64,000 nt of DNA from Catajapyx aquilonaris (GCA_000934665.2 JYFJ02000123.1:1-64000); one strand, 5' to 3'. Shown: positions 1 to 12,416, counted from the first letter of the stretch. Notes: a model not told the origin generated them from the letters alone. Numbers and translations are program-made.

Positions 1-96
1 GTTCCGACGCTCGCTCCGAACCCGACTCTACTGCTCCGGATCGGGTTCGCTGTTATCGGGTTCACGGAGCAAGGGTTCGGTTCGGTTCACAACCCT
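1..96. mobile_element. Probable terminus of a hAT-type DNA transposon/MITE
   Basis: Ends in caaccctg (reverse complement CAGGGTTG) with repeated subterminal ggttc/gaacc words. It is truncated by the window edge. Confidence 0.4.
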
Positions 97-212
97 GATT
101 TTCACCCTGCTAATGTGGAAATTAGGAGCGGAGGTGATGTTTTCTCAGGCTCACCATCTGGGACCTAGCTAAGAGCTGAAGAAGCCAGTACTAGCAGGGG
201 GAACGGTGAGTG

Positions 213-305
213 CTGACTGGCGGATTTAGGGGGGCACGGGGGCACGTGCCCCCCCCCCCCCNNCCCCCCCCCCCCCCCCCAGAAAAATTTCTTGATCCGC
301 CACTG
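213..305. mobile_element. Short hAT-like MITE
   Basis: Termini (c)tgactggcggattt / gatccgccactg (CAGTGGCGGAT-type TIR) around poly-G/poly-C, flanked by a 7-8 bp duplication (g)gtgagtg. It contains an NN gap. Confidence 0.55.
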
Positions 306-479
306 GTGAGTGATATACAGAAAGCTTATAGTAAGTTACAAATAGTGTTCAACAGTGATTTAAAGAAAATAAATGAACAATATTAGGGGTTGCTTATGCG
401 CATTCAAATGATTGAGCAATTGGGGGCCAACACGATTTAACAGCCGGTGGGGCCAACCACTAGCCAGTCCGGCCCACTC

Positions 480-1290
480 AAAGCCAGAACGCTGTTCATT
501 CTAATCAGACCCAACTCCACGTCCTTCCTAGGCGGCAGGTAGCAGTTGACTAAAACGAATTCATCATCTCCGCTACCCAGTACCCACAGTGTAGGCGTCA
601 ACACCCTGACCAGAAAAGGTAGACAGACGAGTCACTCTTAGTCCCTGGCGAATGCTGGCGAAGCACCACCAGCGCTACCTTGCCTATCCCGTCCACAAAA
701 GTACTTTCTCTTAAATCTGGTTCGTAATGAATGACAATACATGAGGCTCCTGGGTGCACAAGATGTCCACCTTGACTTTCGTCACTGCCCAATGTACGTA
801 GAGCCATACTAGTAGCCTCTATAGTCCCTGCCCCACATTAATTTGCCCCACCCTGATTGTTTCGTTTTTATTGGCCATTGAGGATTCCTTAAGCTGCTGC
901 CGTCTCTTGCCCCCTTACCGGGATTAAGCTGCCCTGCTTTGAATAAGCGATTTGGAGCCATTACAATCAATACGTGTCCGCAACTGCTCCTTCCTCCGCA
1001 ACCATCCAGGGCAATTCACCGCCCAAGCTGGATGAGCTAAGGATGGCCGTCCCTCCATCTTACAAACTGGGCACTCAGGACGATGTGTGATCTTTGTTGC
1101 AGTCCCTTGTTTCGTGTGGTCCGGAACAAAATCCACAAGCAGGAGCCAAATCGCATTTCCGGAAAGGATGCAGGCCGTAACCAGAGCAACGAAAGCATCT
1201 GTCCGTCCGTATGTGCTCCTCAACCCTATACAGGTCATGAGATCCACTCGCATCCTGCCTTCTCCCATAACACGATTGTAGCGTTGGAGA
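480..1290 (-). mobile_element. Decayed non-LTR retrotransposon fragment (R1/I-group-like): ORF1 zinc knuckles plus ORF2 APE endonuclease N-terminus
   Basis: Minus-strand frames give three gag-like knuckles: CFRCSGYGLHPFRKC, CGFCSGPHETRDC and CPVCKMEGRPSLAHPAWAVNCP. APE motifs follow (GQINVG, VDILCTQEPH, FVLVNCYLPP). Several frameshifts and stops interrupt it. Confidence 0.8.
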
Positions 1291-2340
1291 TAATTATAAT
1301 CGATAATAATATATTATTTAGATATGTGAACCGCATGACATGATGCGTATTTTAATTATTTTGCGGAGCACCCACATAGATGAATGTTATGCAATAGGCT
1401 GCTTTGAAAGCCAATAAGGTAAAGTATGTCCGACGGTAGGTCTGTATTGTCCATCACTTTTTTTCTCACTTGCTAATTACTGAGGAAGTATAACCGTGTA
1501 ACGTTCTTCCATATAGTGCTCGTGGAGTGGCGCCTAAGATGCCATAGGTTGTGCACCAAAAAATGATAGTGGTACTGATATCAATCTAAACGTACGCAAA
1601 ACTCGTAGGCCAATGTGTTGAAGAGCTAGGAAAATATTGTTAGTTGAGAGTAAACAGGGTCGCTATATTTTTGGATGAAGTGACTTTTTATTTGAACCAT
1701 CAAAAACAATGTCTGTGGTGTAAATATGTCAGAGATATCCAGCACTTCCGGGGTAGGATTGCAACGGTACTTGCAAAATATGTGATTGATCCGGTTGGGC
1801 TCGAAACCATATGCCGCCTTTTAAAAATCTGCCAAGCGACAAATTAAGCACGTATCCGGCAGAACAAACTAAGCTGAAACCAAAACTTTAGACCACCTTC
1901 CTTAGTATATTTCAAAACTGAAATCATTCAGATATGGCTGCAAGTTTTCGAGTTATGTCGTTTATAAAATGGGACATTCTTTTTCTATGGCCCTGTATTA
2001 TTGAAATGTTTCAACAGTTTGCTTGTGAGAGCCTCTGTATGGTGTGATGAAACACTCGGTGATCCTCGCATGTCAGCGGAGAAGTCACTGAAGTGTTGGC
2101 GGCCCTAATGAAGTTAATCCATCTCCAATTTCAATTAATTTCGCTTGCTAGGCTTATTCGCATTATAGTTGTACAGTATCTCATTTGTGTTGGTGCAGAA
2201 AATATGACCGTAGAAGTAGGGTTTTCATTGGGATTTTAAAAGTTCCATATATATTATGTATATTCAAAATATTTTTGACAAACTAACCGTCATGCGGAAT
2301 GTCACACTTGTATGTATGTGTCCTAGATTGTAAATATTTG

Positions 2341-2574
2341 AGTGGTTTCCAACCTTTTACCAACTGCGACCCCCTAAAGCCTAAACATATGTTTCCATAA
2401 ATGTGCGATACCTCCCCTCCCCCGGCCCCTCTACAACTGCCCATTTCCAGAAAACATACACTCTGTACGGCAGCAAAAATGGCTCAATTGGCACAGAAAT
2501 CGCAAAGAGTGGTTTCCAACCGGGGGGTCACGGACCCGCGACCCTGTCCGTGACCCCCCGGTTGGAAACCACTG
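2341..2574. mobile_element. hAT-Charlie-like MITE with an internal perfect hairpin
   Basis: agtggtttccaacc at 2341 and 2508; ggttggaaaccactg at the right end; 28-bp perfect arms at 2508-2535 and 2546-2573. Confidence 0.7.
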
Positions 2575-3267
2575 GCCTAAAGGAAGAAAAGCCAGGAAAA
2601 TTCCATTGCACAGNCCCCCCCCCCCCCTCGTTTTTGTCAAGTCCATAGGCTCAACAAAGGAAACCTTGGGTATAGGGTAGGCCTACAAGATGTATCGGCT
2701 TGAGCCTCACAGGGGAAACAGGTCAAGTGACACCCACGGGCACTGCAGGGGCCCAGTGCGGCTCTTGTTTGTCGGCTGAGTGGACTCAATTGGTGGGAAA
2801 TTGAGGCGGTAGCGACGACAAATACTTGACAATTTCACGGATCCATTAACTGACCCCTCACCGCAATAGCAGCAATAGACTTCTGGATCTGTAACCGGAT
2901 ACTTTTTCGTCTGTTACAAAGCAAGCGCCTCGAGGTGGAGTGGAGAGACGCGTCGGTAGACCCCAATGACCAACACTGATGTACAAAAAGCGTTTTTATT
3001 ATGGAGGGAGCTCGAAGGACATTGACACATTCCAAGTGATGAAAAATATGCAGCGATTCAGACTGGATAATTGATGATGGTTTTAGTAGTGCTTGTTTGA
3101 CATCTGCCTTCTTTATTGGTGTGTTATCGACTAGCAGCCTGACACTGCACTGCCGGGAGAAGGGGCGTGCTTGCAACTCATGCCTAAATAGGGGGCGGTG
3201 TGAGGGTGTGGGGCACTCCCTTTGAAATGCGCGAATGACTCGTACGACCAAGGTACGACTAACTCTT

Positions 3268-3853
3268 TCCGTGGCTGCTCTTGCCCTCTTCCTCGCAAAC
3301 CCTGATGACTTCCTTGCTCGGTATGTCACCCAGGATGAATGCTGGATTCACCATTATGACCCGGAGACGAAAGCCCAAAGCAAATGGAGTGGCGGCACTC
3401 AAGTTCCCCACCCCCGCTCAAGTATTGGAGCTAGATTGCATGCTGGAGGATAGGAAATTGGCAAGCGTCCTAATTTTTTTTTCAAGGACATTTTTTCACT
3501 GCATGCAGATCCAATCTGATTTAGGTCCAATATGTCGGAGAGACAATACCCTGTCTAGGTGGGGGAGGCACTCATGGAGGTTACCCTGCTCGTTACCACT
3601 TGTTCCCAAAGCTGCAAGAAAATCTTCGTGGACAACACTTTGGCGGGGACGAAGAAGCGATTGCAGCTGTGAATGAGTGGTTGGGAGGGGTCGACAAGAA
3701 CTTCTTCCTCCATGGTATCCGAAGGCTGGAGCACCGCTGGCGCAAGTGTGTGGCAGTGCGAGTAGGGGAACGTAGAGAAGTGAAAATAAAATAATCCTCC
3801 TCTGCTTATATATTGGTAGTGTCTCAGGCCCAAAACTTTTTGACATGCCCTAA
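3268..3853 (+). mobile_element. Internally deleted mariner (DD34D) transposon relic
   Basis: NPDDFLARYVTQDECWIHHYDPETK (first catalytic D region) at ~3298-3372 and the C-terminal LFPKLQENLRGQHF...GIRRLEHRWRKCV at 3600-3750. A mariner-like right TIR (ggcccaaaactttttgacatgccct) ends near 3852 before TA. Confidence 0.85.
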
Positions 3854-6451
3854 TAGACACCTTCTGATTAGATCCTGATGACACTTGTCGGCGTATAATA
3901 AACATGAAACAGGAAGCCTTATTCCATCGAGACTATATATTGTGGAACCAAGAGCTAATAACTATTAGCTTTGTGTGCAACTGTGCTACACATTCAAAAT
4001 CCAGGTGTGACGATCCATGTTTTCTGCAGCAGCAAATGTAATACCGTATTCATGATGAACAGAAGGAATATATCGTATTTCAGCAGCTATCATATACCAT
4101 TGTCCACTTTTTCGCAATTGTATTTCTGTCGCACTTTATCAAGTCTCAAAATGCACCGTCAGTTCCATAATCACAACGGCCTCGTCCGGCTACAAGAGCT
4201 GCTGCTCGTAAGGTCTCTGATTGTGCATTATTTTGGCGGCGGAGTCCCCACCTGGTGAGTCCCACTCGGAGCAACACACGCCCTCTCGCGATCGTCTTCC
4301 CCCTGTTTCTGTTGGCACCCCTGAGAGGAGAGGGAAGGATCGATGGTCGATTCCGATCGCGGGCCTCGAGCTATCCTATCGCCCGAGGGAGGGAGCGCAC
4401 TAGCCCCTTCCTTCATTTTCGTACTCCTTTTTTGCAAATTTGGCAAATTCGCAGTTGCGGGGGACTAGCTCGTCTCGACCCTGCTCCTCACGACAATCAC
4501 AGGTCTGGTGGGCACGGTCAGGAGGATACTGGTACTGCACAGGGGAACACCTTTCGTGTGTGTGCATTTTTTGGAAGGGTGAGGGTCAATTGGAACACTC
4601 TATGCCCATTTTGGATAGTTTTTCTTGTGAGTTGGACAGTCTCTTCGGGAGGTTGTGGGCCTGAACATAATTGTTGCGCCAGTGTGGTGCAATCTGGCTG
4701 GTAATTGCATTCCGTTGCATGCTACATCTTTTTGAACGGTATGGGACATCTTTACCATGATCTGTAGTCTAATGGAATGTGTGGACAACGTGGATTTTAG
4801 GTTTCATTTTTGGTTTCATTGTAGAGTTGTAGACCATCGTAAATTCATGCATTGCGAATGTGCAGGCATTAGGATTGCTAATGCTGCTCATTCCCCTGTG
4901 GAGGCAGGTGAGAATTATTGATTGTGTCGAGGATTGTGTAACCCAGTCCGACAACTGAGAATCCTCATCCCATTTTTTGCTATTTGAATGAGAAATGCAC
5001 AGGTTCTTGTAAAACAGCAATTGTTCTAGTTCAATACTACAATGTTACTGATTGTGGCGTTGAGTAACAGCCAGTAATTAAATTGCCACATGAGTATTTG
5101 GCAGCAACTGTAACACCATAACTTCTGCTAACCGTGCGTATTATTGCCAGAGTAATATTGGTGAACGGTGTTCTTCATTCACGTAGGATTTAAATAAGGG
5201 ATTCATACTTTCAGAGTGGTCAAATCCCTATTATTATAAAGCTCAAAATTGGTACTATTAACCGCAAAAGTAATGTCGCGACTGTTTATTTGTTTATGTG
5301 TAGTGTTGGTTATCCGGGGCGCTGCCAGGTTATGGATATGTGGATTTGGCGATGTTCTGGAATCCTCAACACTATGATCACCAGTCACGGTCTCTTGGCC
5401 GCACTGTCCCATGGCCGCAGGGTCCAGGTCTCAGGAGGCGGGCGGGGGTGGGAGAGGCTGGGAGTTGTCTGGTGAAGGTGAAACAGTGTTTATTTGGGGT
5501 GATGGGGGGGGGGGGGAAGGGACGNGGGAAGGGACGGATGAGGCAGTGGCCACGACCCGGGCAACACTCCTCTGGGGCGTCAGCGCAAAACTATATAAAT
5601 AATGCACCGTTTCCTACTTGCTTTTGACGGTCTTTCAAATGTGTATACTGGCATGTTGCAACTAAACTTTTACATAACCAGTCCCCATTGGTTTGGCGAC
5701 ATTTTTGCAGGGCCTATCACAGGCCGGGTCAGCCCATAAAATGTACCTTAACCGGTGAGATTTCTTCTGCTGCCCAGGTAACAGCAGTAATAAAATTGTC
5801 AAACTAATACAGTACGGTACTAATATTTGCTGCAGCACAAGAAGTTTATTTGTCAGTGGAAAGAGTGTATTAAAGAACTACTCTTTAGTCAACCATATAA
5901 TATTGTAACATATTGAATTATTCATTTGTCTGAACCATCGGTATGGCCTTTGGGTATGGCTGCTAGATGGCAAAAAATGTGCATCGGAAGTACGGTTGCC
6001 CATCTTTGGAGTTGTCTTCTATTGGTCTTTGTTATGCTGTGTGCTTTATTATTTCTCTACAGATTTAGCTGTTCACTGTTATACGCATTCCCCTAACTGA
6101 GAGACATGTTTGTTCTCTCTTCTCAGCAATTATTTTGCTACTTTTTGATAAGACTGTTCAAAGAATGATCAAAATGTACCCTTTAAAATCACCATAAAAT
6201 AGATGTTTGAGGTCCAACCTCATACTATATGTTGGATTGAGTATAATATTGCTAATTTATTTTTGAAATTCATAAAAATACTGGCTGGTGCACACACGCA
6301 CCCTTATTTGGACCACCAGATGCCATACTCATGTGACATGTGTTCAAAGCCGTCTCTCCCGTGAACCCGCAGCATTGACATACATATAATAATGTCTGAG
6401 TTAACTCAGTGAACATGCATATTTTATGAACTTCTTTCATTTACTCACTAA

Positions 6452-6631
6452 GGGCCTGTTTCCACCGGCATAATTTTCGAGTACAAAAAGAAAAGCACAA
6501 AAATGGAGCACAAAATCAAACAAACTTTATTATTATTAATTTGTTACTTTATTATTAATCGCCTAGCAACAAAAAAATTGTTCTGGGTTGCATTTTGTCC
6601 GGAACAAAAATTATGCCGGTGGAAAGGGCCT
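6452..6631. mobile_element. PIF/Harbinger (Tourist-like) MITE
   Basis: TIRs gggcctgtttccaccggcataatttt / aaaattatgccggtggaaagggcct, with TAA on both flanks. Confidence 0.75.
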
Positions 6632-7599
6632 TAACCTTATCCATTTCCATGTGAAGAATGGGTACTCTGCTCTCTGTATATGAAAGGCAAAGTTTGTTGG
6701 TTTGTTTGTCCAGCATGTTTGGTTTTTCCATGGTGATGGCAGCAAAAAGCAAACCATGGAAACGGGCCGTGTGAAGAACGGGCTCCTCTGCTAGTGATGA
6801 ATAAGTTAAATACCAAGAGTAGGAATATGTGCATTTTAGTGATTCTCTAATTGAAACTTGTCTTCTTGCAAGCATGAGATTTCAGGATTAAGTAATTGTG
6901 TTAGTAATTAAATATAAACCTGTTTCTCTAATTCCACAATGTACCATTGTGAAGTAACCACTGTTCTCCCAGCAAGTGCTTACTTTTGGTCATCATAAGT
7001 TTAATGAGTAACAGTATGAACTTGTGAACATTTGTTGAAAAGATGTGTGGTGTCACATTTGCAGAGGTCCAGATATTCGGATGCAAACTCCAAAATTATA
7101 ATTTGTACTCCAAAGTGAGCCATGGAGTGCAAAGTTTACATTCAAGTTGGTCCTGCTTTTTAACATGGCTTAACCCAGTAATTAAAAATTATTGACTCCA
7201 AGTAAATAATGTACACTCTACATGAAAGTCTGGAATGCAAACTTTGCATACAGACAAACATTTAAGATTCGACATTTAAGATAATTTGTATCATGCTCAT
7301 CGTCATGACACAATTCATATCAAGAGGCCAGTGCTTCTAACCTGATCTGTAGCAGTTCAATTTAAAATAATGCCTTCAAAGTTAATTTTTGTTGGATGAT
7401 GTAAATTGGCGGGTGTTATTTTAGTCAGAATTTAAGTCATTTTTTATTTGCAACCTGCTGCATGACCAAAGGCTAACTATGCTGAACTTGTTGCACTTTT
7501 TAAAGAAATTTCAACTTTTTCTGCTCCATTTACTATGAGGGGAACACCCCCAACTTGACTAATTATTTTGTTCTAATATTACAGACAGGTTTGCCCAGC

Positions 7600-8337
7600 A
7601 TGTCCTTGTACGGAGGTGGATACCGGGCTGATGGCTACGGTGGCAACTATGGAGGTGGTGGCAGCAGTGGTGGTGGTGGTGGAGGAGGCTGGGGAGGGGG
7701 TGGCCATGGTGGTGGCCGAAGAGGTGGAGGGGGCAGAGGGAGGGGAGGGAGGGGATACGGAGGCAGAGGTGGCGGCCACAGGGGCGGAGCTCATGATGAG
7801 AGCAGTGATTCTTCAAGCCGTCCACGCCCCCCTAAAGGGTTGCGAGGGAAGCAAATTGGGATGTTTTATGCCAAGTTAGGCAAGCAAAAGAAACAGAATG
7901 AAGAAATTAAAAACCGTCCAGTTGTGTCTTTAAGTGATCAAAAGAAGGCCAAGATCCAGAACTTGCTGCAGGTTATGCGTAACTCGCAGTATGTATCCTC
8001 CAAGTCAGATCGAGGGAGCCAGTTGGAAGATGAGGAATCAGGACTCAGTGAAGAACAAGAGATGCATCTTAGCCACATTGGGGAGAGCCATTTCAAGAGA
8101 GAATATCTCAAAAATCTGAAGGGAAATGCAACTGCACAGTTCAGCGCAGCAGAGACAGGTGATGTCTGTACGTCAATAGAGAAGGACAGGCAGCTGGATA
8201 AAAGGCTGCTCAATCAGCTGGAGGACAGGATGGAAGGGCAAGGAAATGGAAAGTACAAGGAGATGTTGAGCTTCAGAAAGAAACTTCCTTCTTACGAACG
8301 GAGGCATGCTATTGTTGATCTCGTCAGGGACAACCAG
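7600..8337 (+). CDS. DHX36: DHX36 coding exon 1 (Gly/RGG region, DSM motif, up to ...VRDNQ)
   Basis: ATG at 7600 just after an acceptor-like ttacag; donor gttagt at 8338; phase 0. Confidence 0.9.
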
Positions 8338-11300
8338 GTTAGTCCTGTGACATCTGCAAAGATATTTGGACCAGGAAAAGATGCATAGTGATTCTAGAGT
8401 TTGATGCAGTATGACTCTTGCTGCCTTTGTGCTGTCAATCCTCAAGTTTAGTCATGTTAGCCATTAATATGCATGTGACTGAGGTTTTATTTATTGACAA
8501 GGTACACTCTCTCATAACAGCATATTTTCTTAAATAGTCTGTCCTGTTGTAGGTTGTGGTGGTCAGTGGTGAGACTGGTTGTGGAAAGACAACCCAGGTG
8601 GCACAGTTCATCCTGGATGACTACATACTGCAAGGTCGTGGGTCACAATGTCGTATAGTGTGCACCCAGCCCCGCCGCATCAGTGCCATCTCGGTGGCGG
8701 AGCGAGTGGCTGATGAGAGAGGTGAAGTTATTGGGGAGGACTGTGTGGGATACCAGATCCGCCTGGAAGGGAGGATTCCACGTGCCCAAGGTTCCATCTT
8801 GTTCTGCACTACTGGAATTCTACTGCAGTGGCTGAGCTCTGATCCACTCCTCACCAAGATCAGTCATGTCATACTGGATGAGATCCATGAGAGGGATATT
8901 GTGTCTGATTTCCTTATTGCCATCCTGAAGGGAATGTTGCCCAGGGTAAGTTGCAAGATTAGGACCCCTAGTTTGGACATTGGAGATGACTTCAGAGTGT
9001 TACATTTATAAGTAATTTGAGTTTTTGGGTCAATATTTGCTGAAGGATCATATTGAGCGTGGGCATGAAAGTTGTTGCTATTATATCCAACCATAATCCT
9101 GCATTCTCTAACTACCTGTGTTAATACTCCACAATGTCATCACATTTAACCAAATAATTCAGGGTGCTAGAAGATTTGGGGCAACGTGTTTTCTGTATCA
9201 TTCATCAGACGATTTCTAGTAGTAAATGACATGATGAAGCTGCATCTTCCAGACCTTCAAGTAATAAGTTCAGTGTCGGCAACACGACAGAATATCGTAA
9301 ATTTTTCCTTAATTATGTATGTACCATGATTTGTACAATATGTTTTATTTAAATTGTAGCTTTTGTAAATCTTGAACTGGGTTGGGGCTCCAATACTAAT
9401 ACACCCAGACACACACATAATCCTGGTAAAAAAATGTTCTGCACCACTGGAACATGATGGGATTGAAATATTCGTATGTTGCCATGAGAATGCATTCCCT
9501 ATCCCTCCCTCCCCTATCCTCCTCCCATCCCCTCCCCTATCCCATCCCCATCCCCTATCCCTATATGCATCCTTATACCTGAAGTGTGTCCTGCTATATG
9601 GAAATTAAACCCTTCTTGAAGTAGCAAATTATTTTTCAGAGGCCGGACCTCAAGGTGATTTTGATGAGTGCTACCCTGAATGCAGACCAGTTTGCCCGCT
9701 ATTTCTGGAACTGTCCAAGCTTCAACATCCCTGGTTTCACCTTCCCAGTACGAGAATATTACCTTGAGGATGTCCTTGAACTGACTGGGTATGCTATGAA
9801 ATCTGATGGAAACTGTTCGGGTGGTCGGAACCAGAGACCGTATCAGAAACGCTTCAGGCGTGAAGAGGAGGAGAAGTATGAAGAAATGATGGGTCCTTAC
9901 ATTCGGCAGCTTTCCAGAGAGCATCGTTACTCATCCAGTACTTTAGATTACATCTCATCACCTGAAAGTGAGGAGATGAACCTCGACTTGATTGCTACTT
10001 TGATACGCCACATTTGCAACCGTGAGGAAGATGGTGCTATTTTGGTATTTTTGCCTGGATGGGACAACATCTCAAAGCTGCACCAGAATTTAACAGATGA
10101 TCCCATATTTAACTCGCCTAGATATCGCATTATCCCGCTGCATTCAATGATGCCCACAGTGAGCCAAAGGGAGGTGTTCCAGAGACCACCGAAGGGAGTC
10201 AGGAAAATTGTGATAGCAACCAACATTGCCGAGACGAGTATCACCATAGATGACGTTGTGTTTGTTATTGATTGTGGGAAGATCAAAATGAAGAACTTTG
10301 ATGAGAAGCACAACATCAGCACACTTCAGCCTGAGTGGGTCAGCCTGGCCAATGCAAGGCAGCGGAGAGGGAGAGCAGGGCGTGTCCAGCCTGGGATTTG
10401 CTACCATCTGTACACGAAGGCTAGGGAGGCAGTGCTAGAACAGTTCCCAGTTCCTGAGATTCTACGAACACGTTTAGAAGAGGTAGTGCTGCAGATAAAG
10501 CTGCTGCAGCTAGGCAAAGTGCGGCCATTCCTTGCTCGAGTCATGCAGGCACCATCTGAAGATGCCATTGATCTCTCTCTCAAGGTTTGTAACATTTCTG
10601 TTGGTTGAAATTGTGTTGCAGCTTTCTATTTGAAGTGTACGTTTGATTACAGTTGCTTATGATTCCTTGTAATTACTTTCCACGAGGAAGTGTTGGACCA
10701 TACTCATGGTGTGATCATACAACAAAATGTACACAGTTTAAGTTTTTATTGCTTCCCAAAGATGCTGACAACACTGAATGCTATAGACAAGCATGAGAAC
10801 CTGACCCCGCTTGGGTTCCACTTGGCGGAGCTCCCAATGGACCCTCAGACAGCCAAGATGATTCTGATGGGGGCCATATTCAGCTGCCTGGATCCCATCT
10901 TGTCTGTGGCTGCCAGCCTGAGCTTCAAGGATCCGTTTGTGATCCCTCTTGGGAAGGAGAAGGAAGCGGATGGAAAGAGGAGGGAGCTGGCAGAGGACAC
11001 CAAGAGTGACCACATAGTGTTGGCGAGGGCCATGAGCATGTGGGAGACATTCAAGCAGGGACCCAGGGACAGGGAGAGGGATTTTTGCTGGAGGTTCTTC
11101 TTGGCACCTTCTACTCTCCAGTTACTGCAGTGAGTTGAGATTCCTATGAATTTATTGGGTTCTACCAGATGGTGGGTAATTATGCCATTGAATCAGAAAA
11201 AGTTGCATTTGCACATTGTGATAAGGTCATTTGGGCTTAAGCAACTTGAAGAAAAACTTGACATTATTGCAGTGTGCTGATGCGACTTTTTTTGGTAGGA

Positions 11301-12284
11301 TGGCAGAGTTGTAGGGGTTTCAAGGGTGTGGTTGCTGGATATGTAATGAACCCTTTTTCTTTCTCTCTAGTAACATGAAAGGTCAGTTTGCTGAGCATCT
11401 GTACCGCATGCGTTTTTTGCGCACTCGCTCCCCAAAGGACCTTCTGGCCAATGAGAATGCTGAAAACTTGGGACTTATAAAGGCAGTGATATGTGCAGGG
11501 TTGTACCCAAATGTGGCCAAAGTAAGCCGGGTTGGTCGTAAGAACCCACGCATCCAGCTCCGGACTGCTGAGGATGGGAAGGTGGCTTTGCACCCTAAAT
11601 CTGTCAATGAACCAGTGAAAGAGTTTGAATCACCATTCCTCATGTACCACCTCAAAATAAAAAGCTCAGCAGTATACCTCCACGACACCACCATGGTGTC
11701 TCCCTTCCCACTAATATTCTTTGGTCGGAGAGTGGAGTTCCTGAGGGAAGAGGGCCAGGAGACGCTAGCAGTGGATGACAGCATACGATTCAGGTGCGAG
11801 AGGAGCACTGCCCTTATTGTGAAGGAGCTGAGGGAGGAATTGGACAAGCTGCTCGAGTACAAAATCTCACATCCAGGAATTACGAATTGGAACCAGCGGA
11901 CTAAGGAAGGAGCTTTACTCAGGTTTGTTGTGGAGTCAGGAGCCCAGAGCAGTGGCACTATACATTTGATAGCCAGTTGTGACTGTTGTTGATTGGGGAA
12001 GCTCAATTAGTTGCCAGCAATACGATATCGAGAAACTCTAGCTGGCAAGCTTGTGGAAACCATTAAGCAAATGACTTTTTTTACTGAATTTATATGAAAT
12101 CGCTGGCTTCAGATTGTGTTGTGCTGGGGATGCAAACTCATTCTAGCTCCTTGAAAGTGCAATAATTCGAATTAATTGCCATTATTTTCTTTGCAGTGCA
12201 ATTGTGGAGTTGATAACGAGTGAAGACAACACTTTGCGTTATGGCTACTCATTTGATTCAGATGAAGAGGGGGATGACTTTTGA
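7600..12284 (+). CDS. DHX36: ATP-dependent DNA/RNA helicase DHX36 (RHAU/G4R1), spliced CDS join(7600..8337,8553..8945,9640..10584,10762..11129,11371..11922,12197..12284), 1027 aa
   Basis: Gly/RGG-rich N-terminus followed by a DHX36-specific motif ([14 protein letters not shown]). DEAH helicase motifs [39 protein letters not shown] and QRRGRAGR, then HA2/OB-fold segments. All five introns are GT..AG with matching phases; total length is 3084 nt. Confidence 0.96.
8553..8945 (+). CDS. DHX36: DHX36 coding exon 2 (Walker A, motif Ia, DEIH)
   Basis: Acceptor ttgtag|GTT; donor gtaagt at 8946; encodes [10 protein letters not shown] and DEIHER. Confidence 0.95.
9640..10584 (+). CDS. DHX36: DHX36 coding exon 3 (motif III to VI, RecA2)
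   Basis: Acceptor ttttcag|AGG; runs [12 protein letters not shown]...[12 protein letters not shown]; donor gtttgt at 10585. Confidence 0.95.
10762..11129 (+). CDS. DHX36: DHX36 coding exon 4 (winged helix/HA2)
   Basis: Acceptor cccaaag|ATG; encodes [15 protein letters not shown] and SDHI; donor gtgagt at 11130, phase 2. Confidence 0.93.
11371..11922 (+). CDS. DHX36: DHX36 coding exon 5 (OB-fold)
   Basis: Acceptor ctctag|T; the junction gives [13 protein letters not shown]; encodes [12 protein letters not shown] and LHPKSVN; donor gtttgt at 11923. Confidence 0.93.
12197..12284 (+). CDS. DHX36: DHX36 last coding exon ([29 protein letters not shown])
   Basis: Acceptor ttgcag|T matches phase 2; TGA at 12282-12284. 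Confidence 0.85.
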
Positions 12285-12416
12285 TTACAGTAGGTTTGTA
12301 GGGCTGGTTGAAGATGTACGGTTATCTCGTGTGCTCACCGTCTTGGGTGTTGAGATTAATGTAATTTATCTTAGGTATGTCATTCTGCACTTGAAAAGAA
12401 GGAACCATGATTGCAA

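Noticed and set aside
4195..5560. GC-rich block with a tggcggcgg PBS-like word and a downstream purine tract, suggesting an LTR element
   Set aside because: I found no paired LTRs and no gag/pol motifs in any frame.
5940..6065. Possible DHX36 promoter (cggaagt ETS-like and gctagatggc words)
   Set aside because: Short motifs only, with no identifiable first exon or donor to link them to the acceptor near 7584.
11383..12006. 207-aa antisense ORF (and other antisense ORFs over DHX36, OTUD3 and IR exons)
   Set aside because: Shadow frames of real coding exons with no independent motifs or splice structure.
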